Assembly: GCA_010093815.1 (NCBI GenBank)
Contig: ML996580.1
Reading direction: 5' to 3' (one strand)
Origin: Pseudovirgaria hyperparasitica
Lineage: Eukaryota
DNA length: 64,000 bases
The first letter of the stretch is position 1; every line of letters begins with the position of its first letter. The notes below the pieces were generated by a model. It searched no databases, was not told the origin of the DNA, and saw only the letters and a list, made by a program, of their open reading frames with translations. The position numbers and the translations under genes are program-made. Positions 12,372 to 25,941 of this stretch are shown here, one piece after another.

Positions 12372-14354
12372 ATGGTCGAGAACAATGGGAATGAGCGTAC
12401 GCCACTGCTTGGTCGCAAGACTTCAAGGAGTAGTCATGGCCAAGAGGAGGCTTTAAAACCCGTTGCGGGGCCGGAGTCCGACGCAGATCTCGTGAATGAG
12501 AGTGCCATTGAGCGACAAAGAAGCTATTCATCTAGTCACTGGCTCGCACCTCAGGTATCTGGCGATCATGCTACCTACGGTGATTCCGAAGTTGTGGTCG
12601 AGGACGAGGAGGGAGATGGAGAGTTTATGGGAGGAGTGTCGAGGACGAGGTTCTGGATCATTTTTGGAGGAATGAATCTTACTTTATTTGTGAGTCGAAA
12701 ATCGAATAGTCATGCAGGCACACAGCTGAACATATGCCTAGGTAGCATGTTTTGATGCAACATTGATGGCCTCGAGTCACCCGGTCATCACATCTTACTT
12801 CAACGCATCAAACTCAGCATCATGGCTTACGACAGCCTTCTTGCTGACTTCAACAGCATTCCAGCCGTTGTTTGGGAGGGTCTCTGACACGTTCGGTCGT
12901 CGGCCCTTGTATGTGTTTACGCTCTCCTTGTTCATAGCCACCACGACATGGTGTGCTCTAGCTCAAAGCATTGGCAGCTTCATCGCAGCACGCGCATGCT
13001 GTGGTCTCGGTGCAGGAGGAGCAATGGCCATGACCGCAATCATGACAAATGATCTCGTCCGTATCGAAGTCCGCGGCACATATCAGGCCTATATCAACCT
13101 CTTCTTTGGCCTCGGCCAAGCAACAGGAGCTGCATTTGGTGGCTACCTGGCAGAAACTCTGGGTTGGCGATGGACATTTGGCGTCCAGGTACCACCCGTG
13201 ATTCTCGTGCTCGGCCTCGCTCTCTTCTTTACGCCCAAAGACCTAGGTCCTCAACTGGCTAAGAACTCCGATAAGAACGCTTGGGAAATCATCAAATCGT
13301 TCGACCTCGCGGGCTCCTTCCTCCTGAGCTCGACAGTCGCATTCCTCATCCTCGGCCTCAATCTGGGCGGCAATATCTTTCCATGGTCACATCCCCTGGT
13401 CATCACCTCACTCATCGTCTCCGTCATCGCCAGCGGTATTCTCGTCTGGGCCGAGTCACGCCATCCACGTCCAGTCATGCCGCTTGCCATGGTCTTCACC
13501 AGTCCCCGCGGCAATCTTGTCTTTGGTAACTTCTTCGCGCAGATTGGATTCCAGACCATCATCTTCAACGCGCCGATCTTCTTCCAGGCCGTCAAATTTG
13601 ACTCCCCTTCGCAGTCGGGCTTTCGCCTCGCCTTGCCGAGCTTGTGCACGATGGTTTGTGGCATCTCGAGTGGCTTGTACATGACACGGTACGGCCGCAT
13701 GAAGGGGCTTCTAGTCTCTGGTGCAATCTTCACTCTCCTAGGAGGTGTACTAGCGACCGTCTTGTGGGAGAATGTTCCGATGTGGTTTGCGACTGCCGCA
13801 ATGGCCCCTGGTGGGATAGGCGTTGGTTTGAGTTTCCCGGCCTCAACGATTGCGGTGCTGTCGGTGAGCGCGAAGGAAGATCAGGCGGTGATGAGCAGTA
13901 CTTTGACGCTGTGGAGGAGCTTGGGTATTGTCATGGGTGTGGCACTCAGTAGTTTGATATTGCAGAGTGCCCTGAGTGCGTATCTCGAGAAGCTGGTTAC
14001 CGGGCCGCACAAGGCAGAGGTAAGTTTGCAGTTTGTCCATTATGAGACCAAATGACCTAACTTTGCATTCAGATCATACGGCAGGTCCGGAGCTCCGTTC
14101 GCTCAATCTCGGACCTCGACCTCAAACACCAGGCTCAAGGCAAGCTGCCCCTGACCTTTGTCTCTACCATGCAACTGACTTGCACAGTGATATCCGCCTA
14201 TCGGCAAAGTCTAACCCTGACGTTTGCTCTCTCCATCGTTGCATACCTCATTGTCTTTGACTTGACTGTTCCAGTCAAGCTGCCTCGCCTCGGCAAACAT
14301 AAAGAAGAAGAAGACCGGCCGAAGTCTCCATCCGAATCCACTCCAATTTCTTAA
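12372..14354 (+). CDS. MFS transporter, DHA2/Vba-like (14-TM type)
   Basis: ERTPLL dileucine-type signal, motif A GRVSDTFGRR, WRWTF and many TM segments. Three introns, the last GC-AG (14140-14187). Confidence 0.88.
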
Positions 14355-14494
14355 GTCAATGGGAGTCGAAGTTGGATTAAGCACTGTAATGGCACTATAG
14401 AAGTATAGAAGCCCTAAGACCGATGACATGACAGGTTCCGAATCTACATCTAATGTATATCTATGTTCAAACGCAACATCCTCACTTGGAGATT

Positions 14495-15846
14495 CTAAGT
14501 CTTAAGCCTGGCAATAATCTCCTCCCTCCTGACCCCTTTCTTTGTGCCAACCGCCACAATCACGTCCCTTCCATCCTCCCTCACCCACTTCAACGGTCCT
14601 TCCGGCAATTCCTTCCGCTCCCCCACCCATTCCAACCGTCTCTCCACCTCCTTATCCAGACTCATCCCCATCCCATGCTCCCACTCCCACGTCCCCCCAT
14701 ACCGCACCGGCAAATCCCCCTCCCAGATCCGCTCTCTCAGAATCCCCATCTCCTCTTTCCCAAGAAACCGCAATTTACTCGCAGTCACAGGATCAAACCA
14801 CCCCTCAATCCACTTCCACACGCGCGGGAAGAACCCGGGCGCATTCACAATGAACACCTCGTCCAGCATCTCCGGGTAGTGAGCAGCGAGCAGCGACGTG
14901 ATGTGCGGGATATACGCCTTGAGCGTCCAGGCCTGCGTCAGCCCAAAGGAGGATAGGTCGCCGATGTACAGACACGATGAGATCGGTAGGTCGGCGTGCG
15001 GCCGGGTTTGCACTGCAGAGCACAGCGGCAGCGCGAGCCGGGTCAGGGAGTCGTGTACGGCGAGCGCGCGGACGGTTTCGGGGGGCACCTTTGCGTCAAC
15101 GTCGTTGTTCTCGTTTTTGGTCGATGAGAGTGAGAGAGGCGGTTTCAGCGGTGCGCGGTATGTGGCCATGCGGGCGCTGGTCAGGTAACTGCAGTCCCAG
15201 ATACACAGCGGCAGGCCTTCCTTCGAGCGGCGACCGGACCAGTAGGGATACTGCGTATCTCATATGAGCTTGGCGAATGTAGAAACAGCACATCTCATCC
15301 AATGCCTTGAAGTTTGAAATGCGCAGAACAGACAGGCCAAAACACACACGAAAAGACATACCAGCTGCCTCGTCTCCTCAAACTCATCAATGTCGATGTT
15401 GTCATACATATCCTCCATGCCAACCGCCCTTCTCACCGCCACAGCGTCCTTGAACTGCGTGTACGCACCCTCAACATCGAGTTTGCGCGCGCGCAGGAAG
15501 CGGCTGTTTTGTTGTGCGATGCCCATGTCAACACTGTACTTCTCCACATAACTACATTCATACATGCATACACACAACACAGTCACAGCTTTACAAACGA
15601 GACAGGCCTTGTTACTTACAGCAGCGTTACATCGTCATATATCCCCGCCCTGCTCTCCTTCTGGCCCAGCGTCTCCGGGCGATCTAGCAGTCCAGCTTCA
15701 CTGCATCGGTCTTTCAGTATCGCGAACTTCTCGGCTTCGTCGTTTGAACTAAAGGTCAGGTATTCATTGTAGTCTGGCAGGCGAGCTGGTGGTGTGGTGG
15801 TGGTGGTAGTAGTAGTGTTGGTGGTGGTGCTGTTGACCGCTGACAT
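14495..15846 (-). CDS. CRAL-TRIO (Sec14-like) lipid-binding protein
   Basis: Spliced DDVTLLRFLRARK, HYPEMLDEVFIVNAP, WFDPVT and LPVRYGG. Two introns of about 110-115 nt. Confidence 0.85.
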
Positions 15847-16530
15847 GATGTCCTGGTCGCTATCATCACAGGCGTGAGATAGATAAGCCTGGAGAAGAAG
15901 TGGAGGGTAGGTAAGTGTAGGGTTGATTGCACATGATCAGGCAGCATGGATGCTTGCAAAGAAAAGAAAAAGCAATACATGGTATTGGAGGGCCCCGAAG
16001 CAGTCAGAACTAAGCTCAAATGAATGCGACTTTGGCGGATCGACTGCCTGATCAGGCAGTGAGTGGGCTGAGAACATGCGATATAAACAAGGTATGTGTC
16101 GCGTGACTAGAGTGGGATATCGCTGTAATGCTCATGCGTCCAACGTCGATCAGGTCCTGTTCATCGCCGATATCCATGCTTAATCATATGGAGGCTTTGC
16201 GAGCAGAAATGAAGGGGGCCGTTGTAAATACTGACCCAGAGGCTGTTCTGCTGCTCCATAGACGCTCATGGATTAGCTTTACGCGAATGCTGTATTAGTA
16301 CACCTTGCAGTTTACGAAGTGAGCATCATTTATGAAGTCTGTTTCGGTCGATGCAGCATCAAGGGCACCAAACACACCCCTACATTTCAATAGTAGCTGC
16401 GTATGACAACCGTTTCCTTAAAATCACTGTACAACAAGCCTTGTCCCATATATCCGATCAATGCTCTTCTTCAGCCGCTTAAATATGCACATGCTCGCTC
16501 GCTCTTCCGTATGTACCAATTGATACGACT

Positions 16531-19500
16531 CTATGCCTTTTCTGCATCCTGCTTCTCATCACCCTGAACTGCATCCTCCTTCTGCTCCTCACTCGGCTGC
16601 GATGGGGGCTGTGCTATTGGCTCCTTGGCCTTCTTCGCCTCTTCAGGGAATAGCTCTTCGAAAAAGTGTGGTAGGAATCTATCAAGACGTTTCCAAGTCT
16701 CACTCCACAGCTCTGCCTGGTCAGGGTTCTGATCAGGAGGAGCGAGAAATCCGCCATTTGACATGACAAGCAATATATTCTTGAGATTTTCCGAGACAGC
16801 TTCCTCCTGTTTGGCGTTAGTTATGATTGATCCCTAGTGGTTAGGTTGGTCACTTACGAGGTTATCACCTTGTCCAGAATTTGTCAGTCGGTCCATAATC
16901 GCAATGATTTTGAGCCAAAGATCCAGCATACCGTCCCATTCTGAGAGCGCCACCAGATAATGTAGGTAGATCTTGCAAAGTAGTGTAGATGCCCTAACCC
17001 GCGTTTCGCTCATACCCACCGGGTCGGACTGATATACCTCAGGTTTCAGAAGTTGCGTGATGAGAGGAAAGAGAACTTGTCCAAATATCTTCGTCCACTC
17101 AGTATGGTCAGGGGATACAATACCGTTGTTGAGAAGGGTACGTTGCAATGTGGAGAAAGCCTGAGCGCGAATCTCGCGGCATGGATTCAGGCACTGTGTT
17201 GTAAGAGCGCGGAATATTGGTGACCAGTATGCGTTCCAGGCTTCGTTTGGCTCGAGTTGAGACTTCTCGATCAACTGCGGCACGCGGCTTGTCAGCTGGT
17301 AGACAATCACCATGGCTTTTACGCCGCGCTGTACGACTGCATCAGGCCTAGCGAAGTTTAGTAATGGTTACTCGTGGAAGGTAACGAAACGTACTCTTGC
17401 TTCTTGGATAGAGCTTGCGCTTGTTGCCCGGTTTTCGTCCTCCGCCCTTGCGTTCTTTGCTCATATATGGCACCAACACTTGCTGCCGTCGCAAATTCGT
17501 TCAACAGGACAACAGTTGCCTCGTAGTTGTCAGCACTGATACCTGTCTGTACAGACCCAGCGAGGTCCTCGACGACTTTGAAAACGCCAGGGGCCGCTTC
17601 CGGTATTGTGCGAAGGGAATGCAGTATTGACCAGAAGTCAGGCGATCCGGCCATCTCGTTGCGCAAACCTTGTGGTCCACTGATACAAGCTAAAAGCCCC
17701 TTGAGTAGAGGCTCTGCGCATTGCTTGAGCAAGTCGCCATCAAAGCTCGATAGTGCGTGGAGGACAATTGGTGTCTTAATGAAGTCGTGGTCCTGTCGCG
17801 AGGTTAATAAAGATATTGCCAGACTTATGAGTGGCTTACATTGCTCGCGCGCAAAAGCTGCAAGAGATAGTAGACAACTCGCGAGGTAACCACAGGATGT
17901 ACGTTGCCAGAATCGTGAATGACCGTTTCTAAAGCAGTTGCGACATCCTTGCCAAAAGCCTCTACTGTTTTCTCGTCGCGAAGAGCCAACAAGGTAGCGA
18001 GTTCCAAAACGAACACAAAAGATGGGTCGTACGCAGCCTTTGATATACTTCGCCTCGATCCATTTGCTTTATTAGGGCTAGTCGGTGGAACATCCGGCTT
18101 GACCATTATCACGCGAGGCGATGACTCTTCCGGAATATGCGAAAGCAGCGTGACAAAAAGGGAATTCAGAGCATCCATAGACGCATCTCTGTAATGAGCG
18201 TTAGAAAGTTTCACAATCAGAGGTGGTGGTAACTCACAGAATATTAGTAGTGATGACATCCAGCGAACAAGTTTGTATCGTGTCTATCGTGCACAATGTG
18301 TATTCTATTTCTTGATCTGAAGGCTCCGGTGGCTCGTCATTCGCGAAACTCGACACGTAAGACGTGAAAGCAGAGAACAGCCCAGTCTCAGCTGCTCGGT
18401 CGCCTTTATCGATAATCTGGGCTGGACTTTGCAAAGGTATGGCTGGTAGCTCAAGTGATTCGCGAGCACTCGAGAAAGATGAAGGTATCAGAGAGTTGAC
18501 AAAAAGATTGAGGAGTATTTTCAGAACCTGTAGAAGTTAGACGCCTGCTCATAGATGTATTTCTCAAGTACCTACCGAGTTCCAGCCGTCACGTATGCTG
18601 TTTTCGTTGTTCTTGATGACACCAAACAGAACGATTGTCGCGAGTTGAGCTCGATCGTCGCGTCCAAATCTAACGGCAGTCTCAGAGACCATGACGCTTC
18701 TTTGCTCGTGTTGGACTTCCGTGTTCAGGGAGGTGCTTGGCGTCCTCTCTGGAGCCAAGGTACTGATATGCGCCAAACAGTCGATAATTCGATCTAGGGC
18801 ATCGGTCAAGCCGTACTTTGCAGCAATTTGTGCACACTGGTCGAAACCGACAACTACTCTAGCGAAGACCGCATCGTCGGTAGCTGACATGAACACGTAT
18901 GACAATGTCGCCACGATAGGCCTCCACGTAGCGGCAAACATGTCAGCATCGAAAATATTGGTGTCACACACAACTAAGTCTGGTGTAGACTCTACTTTGA
19001 CTAAAAGCTCTTTCCAAGCATGGTCATAAGAGTTCTTGTTGTCGTGCTCTTCGGGTAGCACTATCTCATGTGTCCGGATAGAATCATATATTTCTTGCAG
19101 GAAATCACGGGAGAAATCCTTGCTGTCATTACAGCCTTTGAGATTTCGCGCAAAGTCCTCAATCGCCATGCGTTTCTGTCCTTTAAAGTTGGGGTTGTGC
19201 TGATCGGTGTTCAGCATGATTATTGCATATGTCAGAATATATGCCGCAGTAGCGTCCTCAATATGTTCCGGCTTCGCCTTTTCCATATACAGTTCTGTAA
19301 AAACCTCCACAATTCGCTCGATGAGAGCCGACTCTCCTGGTAAACGAAAGGAGCCAAGGAGCAACCGGATGGCTTCATCAATGCGCAATCCAGCAAAATC
19401 GAAAAGATCCATGAATTCCTTCAAGATCTCCCCATTCTCCTTCTTTGAAAGAAACTCGCCAAGGATCTTTTTGTCTATCCTCGATGTTCCTTGGACGAAC

Positions 19501-21574
19501 TTTGCGATGTTTCGCGGGTCGTCCGGATTTTCAATGATACCTTGCGATGCTAGATACGAAATTCCTGATTTAGGCTTCTCATTAAACTTTGTAGCTCCTC
19601 GTATGATGGTCTTTTTCCGAGCTCTCTGCTGTCGTAGTATACCTGGGTCCGGTAGTCCTTCTCTCACCGGCTCGTCGTCCAATCGGTCTTTGACGAATTG
19701 TACATAGGCCAGAAGTGAATCCAGGCAGAGTGGCGGAACATTTGTTGTGCTCCACGTCGCGGAGTCCGGGAATGCGTTACGAGACAGGAGTCCGACCATG
19801 TCCATACAGAGATCACTTCTATCGATCTCGCAATCATAATTGACGAACAGTTCGACCATAAACGATGGCGTTCTTACCAGTGCGCCAACATTTTCTACCA
19901 TGGCTTCTCTAGCATCAGGTTTGCGCGATCCACCTTCGAGACCGAGTCTCTGACGATCCTTAATAGGCACTGGGGTTGATCTCCCACTACTTGGAGGATC
20001 TGATCGAGGCTGTGACTGTTTTACTAGACTTGGTGCCTGCGGCACTCCCTCGTAAAGCCACGGCTCGATACCAGGTTCCAGAGGGATATCGACCCGTGGA
20101 AAGAGGCACGCCACAACATAAGAGAGAAACAATTCTTGCTGTAGTCGCAGAACCCCTCTGCATGTCGCTAGAAGCGTACCACAGACTCTGAGAGCTTCGT
20201 TGAGAATAGCCATGTTCTCCGATCGTACCAATTGAAACAAATATCGGCATAAAGTATCCTTTGCAAGGGTCGCCAAACTTGGATGATTCGCAATCGATGG
20301 ACCAGCAACTTCGAAAGCGACATCTACGATGCGTAAAGCCATAATGCGCATTGTGTCTGTATGCTGCTTATCATGGGGATCTAGTAGGTCGACCAGGACC
20401 CTGAGCAACTCCCTGATCGATGGAAGAGAGTAGGGTTTGATAGGTGATGTATCCTCTCCACTCAGTTTGTTATTCGTAGATGGGAGGTCAATGGTACTGC
20501 TGCCGTTCTGTAGCGTTAGGTCGGAAGCACCATCTGGTTTTTCCAGGCTTGCAGATGAACGGGTTTCTATGCCTTCACTTCTTTCGGCACCAGTTCCCAT
20601 TGCTGCCTCTTTCTTTCCGGGGTCCATCTTGAAAATTTCCATATCGTCCTTGGTATCTTCCTCCAAGGCGCCAGGTTCGTCGCCTGCTTCGACCTCGAGA
20701 TGCTTCAGACGCTCGAATATGACCTGACACATTGATACCATGGAAATCTCCGCGGACCGTCGTAGTAGATCCGAGAGTCTGGGCTGGCAGCACATGCTCA
20801 GACCGGTTTCCATCATGCCGCAAACACTTTCATCTCCCAGTAAATCCCCCCCTGGAGCAGATATTATGCCTTCCATGAGCTTCAATATTCGCAGTAGTAC
20901 GATCTCGTCCGTGGCAGGATCACTGGCCTCGAATCGACAGTTTGTGATCGCTGCAGAGAGAAGCTGCATGGCCTCTGACAGACGCGGGGATTCTCTAGAT
21001 ATAATGTTGTATGACAGGAACTTGGTGATCGCTATTAATGCTAGCGATGTGATAGGCGCTGAGGTCGAGGATGAACGTATGACTTGCAAGAAGGGATGTA
21101 ATAGGGAGGGTGTATCATAGGTCTTGATATCTATAGCCTGTTAAATATATGTCCATGTCGCGTTGCGACCAGAGCGCGCTGAAACAAACCTTTGCATTTC
21201 TTCAGCTCTGCTCTAAGTCTTGAGAATGCTGCCATCAGAGGGTTGTCTTGCAAGCTTTTGCCCTTCTTCCCTCGCAAGCCCCATCTGCTGGACACTGCAT
21301 CATCTTCGTCCAGCATCGCCGCATTTCCAGGCTTCCCAACCTTTCTTGCAGTCGGGGCTGTCTTCGTGCTGCTGCCGCCTAGAATGGCTGACACACTCGA
21401 ATGCGCCCAGCGCCCATGCTTCCGCATGGCACTGGTAACGGTTATACATTCTGTTACGACGAGGGCAACTGGATCGACGGCGACTGTCACGGTAGACACG
21501 CGGGTGAAGTTGGCTGCGAAGTTCGGTAGGGTGGAACTCGATTCAAGAGGTTCCGATTCATTATCGTTGCTCAT
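16531..21574 (-). CDS. geaA: Large Sec7-domain Arf-GEF, Gea1/2-GBF1 type
   Basis: Sec7 motifs FRLPGES and IIMLNTDQHN, HUS box FVNYDC, DCB region RFEASD and C-terminal CLNPCREIR. Multi-exon. Confidence 0.92.
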
Positions 21575-22534
21575 ACTGCGAAAGAATGGGTTCGGCGTAC
21601 GAGTGCTGGCCGGAGTAGCATGTATTGATATGTTCAGTGGAACTGTATATCAGCCGAAAGAGAGGGAGAGGATTTGATTTGCAACTCTGTCCCCATGCGC
21701 GTTCCGCTTCAAGGATTGTTCAATTGAGTACGCGGTCCCTTGAAGAGCATTTTCAGAAACTTAGAAAGGAAGAAGATTTAGACAGGTGGCTCTTGCCGCT
21801 CGACCTCTCTGAGACTTTGCCTACTATAGGTAGCTAGGTAAGGTTGAAGCAATGTTGCCTTCACGCCTCTTGGCATTTTCCAGGCGAATTGCTGTCAGCC
21901 AATGAGCAGCCTCGACTTATGGATCATCAACAGTATAGCAAGTCGATGTAAACTGGCATACAATTAGCTCATAGGGTGTATAACCTTTAATGAGGAGAGC
22001 ATGTGCGACTGATCGTTTCTCTTAATGCTATCTTTATATTCTTAGTGTGAAACTTATAATGGAGGTCTGTATCAGTCCCAGATTCGTACCACAGGTGAGA
22101 GTACCATCATACATGTAATAATAATACAGCCCGACTCGCAGGCTTGATAACCTGCATGCGGTCCAAGTCTCTACTATATCTACATATGTCCCACCAGCTT
22201 CTACTTGGTCTGGTCAAGGGGTGACTGTGATCCCCGCTGAAACCGTCCTAGCGCGACACCGCCTGACCGAAGCACCGAGATACTTCGTCGCTCGGTACCC
22301 AACAGATCCCATGGTTATAGTGCTCAAAAGCTACATTTATGGCGTGGTATCAACTCCGGACTGATAAGGCTCCCGTGAGTAAAGTGCGCAGATGACTGCA
22401 GTTGGGGACTGGCACATTAGGAGCACTTGCTCTATTAGTAGTATTATATATTCAGACGTGGTCTTTCTCATCTTTTGCGTTCCTAGATGATAATATTTAG
22501 TTTTGACGTACGCTGACAGGCTATATCAATTTAC

Positions 22535-24420
22535 TTACTTCGCATTTCCTGATTCTTGGCCGGGTTTCTCATGAGCTTTTTCTTTAGGCTTCTCCTGTGG
22601 CTTCTCCTGTGGCTTCGCCTGTGGCTTCTCTTTGAGTTGTTCTTTGAGCTGCTCCAGTGGTTTCTCTTTGGGTTTCTCTTTGGGTTTCTCTTTGGGTTTC
22701 TCCTGTGCCTCCTCTTTGAGATTCTGCCGTGGCTTCTCCTGGGACTTTTCCTTGGGTTTCTCCTGGGGCTTCTCCTGGGGCTTGTCTTGAGATTTCGATT
22801 TAGCCTTCTCCTGAGTCTCCTCTTGAGGCTTCTCCTTGAGGTTCTCCTGCGGCTTCTTCTTGGGCTTTTCTTCGATCTCCAAAGGTTGATGCTTAGGCAA
22901 GTCGTCTGTGTCGCTTTGCTTCTCACTGGGATTTTTCGCTGAAGCTTGTTTTGACTTCTTGGCATCATTTTCCTTCTCGGTGGTTTGCTTGATACTAGCT
23001 TCGTCGTCCTTCCACTGTTTCTCTGTATTATCGAACTGATCTTTGACTTTCTGCAGTCGCTGCTCTTTGTCTTTTTCTTCTTCTTCCTTCTTCTTTCTTT
23101 CCGCTTCCATCTCTTCCATATGTCTGATATCATCAACGCTGGGCTCGTAGAGATGCCATATGGTGTAATGCGGTAGGCCGACAACAGAATAGTTCATGCG
23201 CTTGGCCATCTGTAGATGCGTTAGTATTTCAGGAGCTAAAAGGGCCGAACGTTCATACTTTGCCAAACCCTTCAGTCTCGGCGTGCTTTTCGAAACTGAA
23301 AGCGGGAAAATGCACGCCAGAGCGGAAAACCTTCGCCTTGGCCAATATACTGACGCCACCAACCCCATCAATCTCCATTTCCATATCCGGGTCACCATAA
23401 GGATCGCGCAGATATGCTAGATGGGGTCTCCACGTCGCATATTCGGCATATCCTTCAACTATGACGGCATCCTCATCAAGGGTGTCCGCAAGCGCGAGCG
23501 CAGTTTCTGACTCTTGCCATGAATTGAGGTCGTAAGGTTGTTCTCCTCCAAGCCAGTCTGGCAGAGGACGCCATACATCTAAAGACGTATCAGTTCCCAG
23601 ATACAAAGATGGTCGCGACAAACTTACTAGGTACTATGACATCTTTGTTATGTCTCATTAAATCCTCCAGTATGGTGAATGGCGCCGTTTCCACGTCTAC
23701 GTCTCTCCAGTACACCCAGCTGTGGGTGGGTCGCAAAGCTGCGCTCAGTAGCCAATTCCTGGCTTGTGCCATGCTTTTTCTCCTCCCAGCCTGCGCGGCA
23801 AATCCGTGGCGACTTTCGACATCTTGGTTCACTTTCTGTCCAAAATCTTTTTCTAGCACAGATATCTCTCCGTACGGCATCTTTGGGTCTTCATCGGCTT
23901 GCAATTCTTCTAAAAGTTGAGATAACAGCTCATTCGTATTGTCCTTTGAGTCTCCAACAAGGAAAGCGAGGTCAATCAGCTTATGCGGATAGGTCAGGTT
24001 GCGAAGGTGGCCAAAGAACATAGGTAGATGCGTGGCAGCATCCCTCAGCGGCGCACACAGAAGTATCCTTTCCTCTCTTTCCCACCCTCTTTCTGTTCCC
24101 TGAACATTATTCAGATCATAGTATCTTACAGTCTCTAGCTGGTAGTCTCCCGACGCTGGGAATAGCCCAAGGGATACTGCAGGGATGACGGCTGCTCTGA
24201 ACGATGACGAGAAGCAGCAGAAGCAGATGAAGAGGAGAGCTGCGAGAAGTCCTAAGCGTCTGAGAAGTTGTCTTCGCCGTAATACTGCCGGAGGTGTTCG
24301 CGGTTGAAATTTGTGAGGTTGTATCGAGAAAGTTGAGTTTCCGCCCAATATTGTAGCCTTCTGCCCGGTCTGATAACCATGCCTTTTTGCTCTTGAAGAG
24401 GCAGCATGCATGGGCAGCAT
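22535..24420 (-). CDS. ANP1: Anp1/Van1/Mnn9-family (GT62) Golgi mannan polymerase subunit with charged repetitive tail
   Basis: Type II TM anchor, LTYPHKLIDLAFLV, WVYWRDVDV (DxD), YDLNSW, GVGGVSIL and ETEGFGK. Two introns. Confidence 0.85.
22575..22870 (-). repeat. Coding 12-nt minisatellite (EKPQ/EKPK units) in the Anp1 tail
   Basis: Imperfect tandem units such as ggcttctcctgt and gggtttctcttt on the + strand. Confidence 0.85.
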
Positions 24421-25799
24421 CTTCACTGCGTTGGTCTACGCCACGTCGCTATCTGGGGGGCAACTCCTTCTTGCAGCTCAAAACCCTTGGAAGGCCTATG
24501 CGACCTCTAGGACAGCCCCCCGGCTTCAGTGAATAGCACAAATTGTGAGGGACAAGCTCCAGAGGCAACGAGGGACAATGCGACGGGATACTCTAGTGCA
24601 ATTGAAGGGGTGTGGTGTGGAAGAAGGGGATGGTGAAAGAGATAGTGAGGACTGTTGGAATTCTGTCGGAATATCTAACCTCAGCCGGGACAGCCCTGGA
24701 GAGTACGTATGAGAGATGAGAGATCGCGGGCGGGTTACGCTAGAGCCCGCTCTTTCACGGCGAATCACATTGCTGACATGCTACTAGACCGCCTTCTTCC
24801 AGTTTAGGTAATTAGGTGACTGCATGTCATCCCGCCGCGGGTCCTTCCAATCGCCTTAAATCTCGTGGGGACTTCATGGCCATTCCGCTGTCAGAGCTTT
24901 CTAGTGCATAATATATCAAAAACAGTGTCGCATTCACATGAGATGCACGCTCTACAATCGTCTACAAGGTTCAGCATGGCACCCAGTATCCGATTACTTA
25001 AGTGTCTACCATCTAGGCTGCGGCGTAGCAGTGCACTAGTAAGCCCAGGGCACACGTGTGAGCCATTTTCGACGACTAAAGACAAAACAGCATAGCAGCA
25101 GTGATGAAGCAAATATGGGTCTCGCCACATCAAGATGAGCAAATTTTCAACGTGCACCGCTATACATTTACGCGAAGGAGGGCTTTATTCCAAGCTCGTG
25201 TCCGTCAGGATCCACCGTATGCACTTGAAGTGTGGCCAACCTAGGCTCTGTTGATTACGATCTAAAGATCAAGATGTGCGTAATGCTAATACTAACATGG
25301 TGGGATCATCTAAACATCTGTTTTCCTGATGCACAAACTTGCGTTATTCCTTAGTGCCTGGTTGCATGTCAGTCCAGGACAACTTGAATGACAATAGAGT
25401 TCGGAAGAGGAATTGCACTCAGATAGGCCGGGTAAATCAGCAAAGCCCACCGGCTGTTAGGCCGTACAACCAAAAATAGATTGCACGTCTTCCAGCTCTG
25501 AAGCCCCATGACATGCTGTGAAGCAAAACTCCACTACCAATCATTGCAGCCAAAGCCAGTCCGGTGCGGGAGGGGGACTCGGCAAGATTTGTCATTGAAT
25601 GGATAGACAGTGTTCATCTTTGCAAGGGAAAGGAGAAGTGAGAATTACCTCAAATTGAAGGTTGTACCTATCGTTGTTTTTGGCGACAAGTGTTCGTTCT
25701 CCAAAAAATCGGTCGACTTGGGGGCTCATTCTGTATAAGCAAATTTTGTCAGCCACATACTCGTCAAGATTAATAATAAAGATATTGTCAACGAGGGTT

Positions 25800-25881
25800 A
25801 ATATCAGACATGGTAAGCTTGGTATGAATTTCTTCATTAAGTTTCAGAAGCAGAACTGAAAAGAATACGCTCATCATAAAA
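25800..25881 (-). ncRNA. snR61: Box C/D snoRNA, snR61-like (predicted guide for the 25S rRNA Am1133-equivalent)
   Basis: Minus strand: box C ATGATGA (25877-25871), guide CAGTTCTGCTT (25858-25848) antisense to LSU AAGCAGAACUG, D' CTGA, C' ATGAAGA and D CTGA (25807-25804). It lies inside a GTGAGT...GCTGAC...CAG intron (25731-25912). Confidence 0.88.
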
Positions 25882-25941
25882 GGTTGCTGTGATGGTGGAG
25901 GAAGGAACTCACGTGGTGTTGATCAGATTTCTCTTCACGAG

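Noticed and set aside
25395..25420. Partial antisense match to 18S GAGGAAUU (possible snR57)
   Set aside because: Only about 8 nt, wrong register to any D box, and no box C.
25592..25859. Small ORFs on both strands
   Set aside because: They overlap the snR61-like RNA and its intron signals and have no protein-like features.
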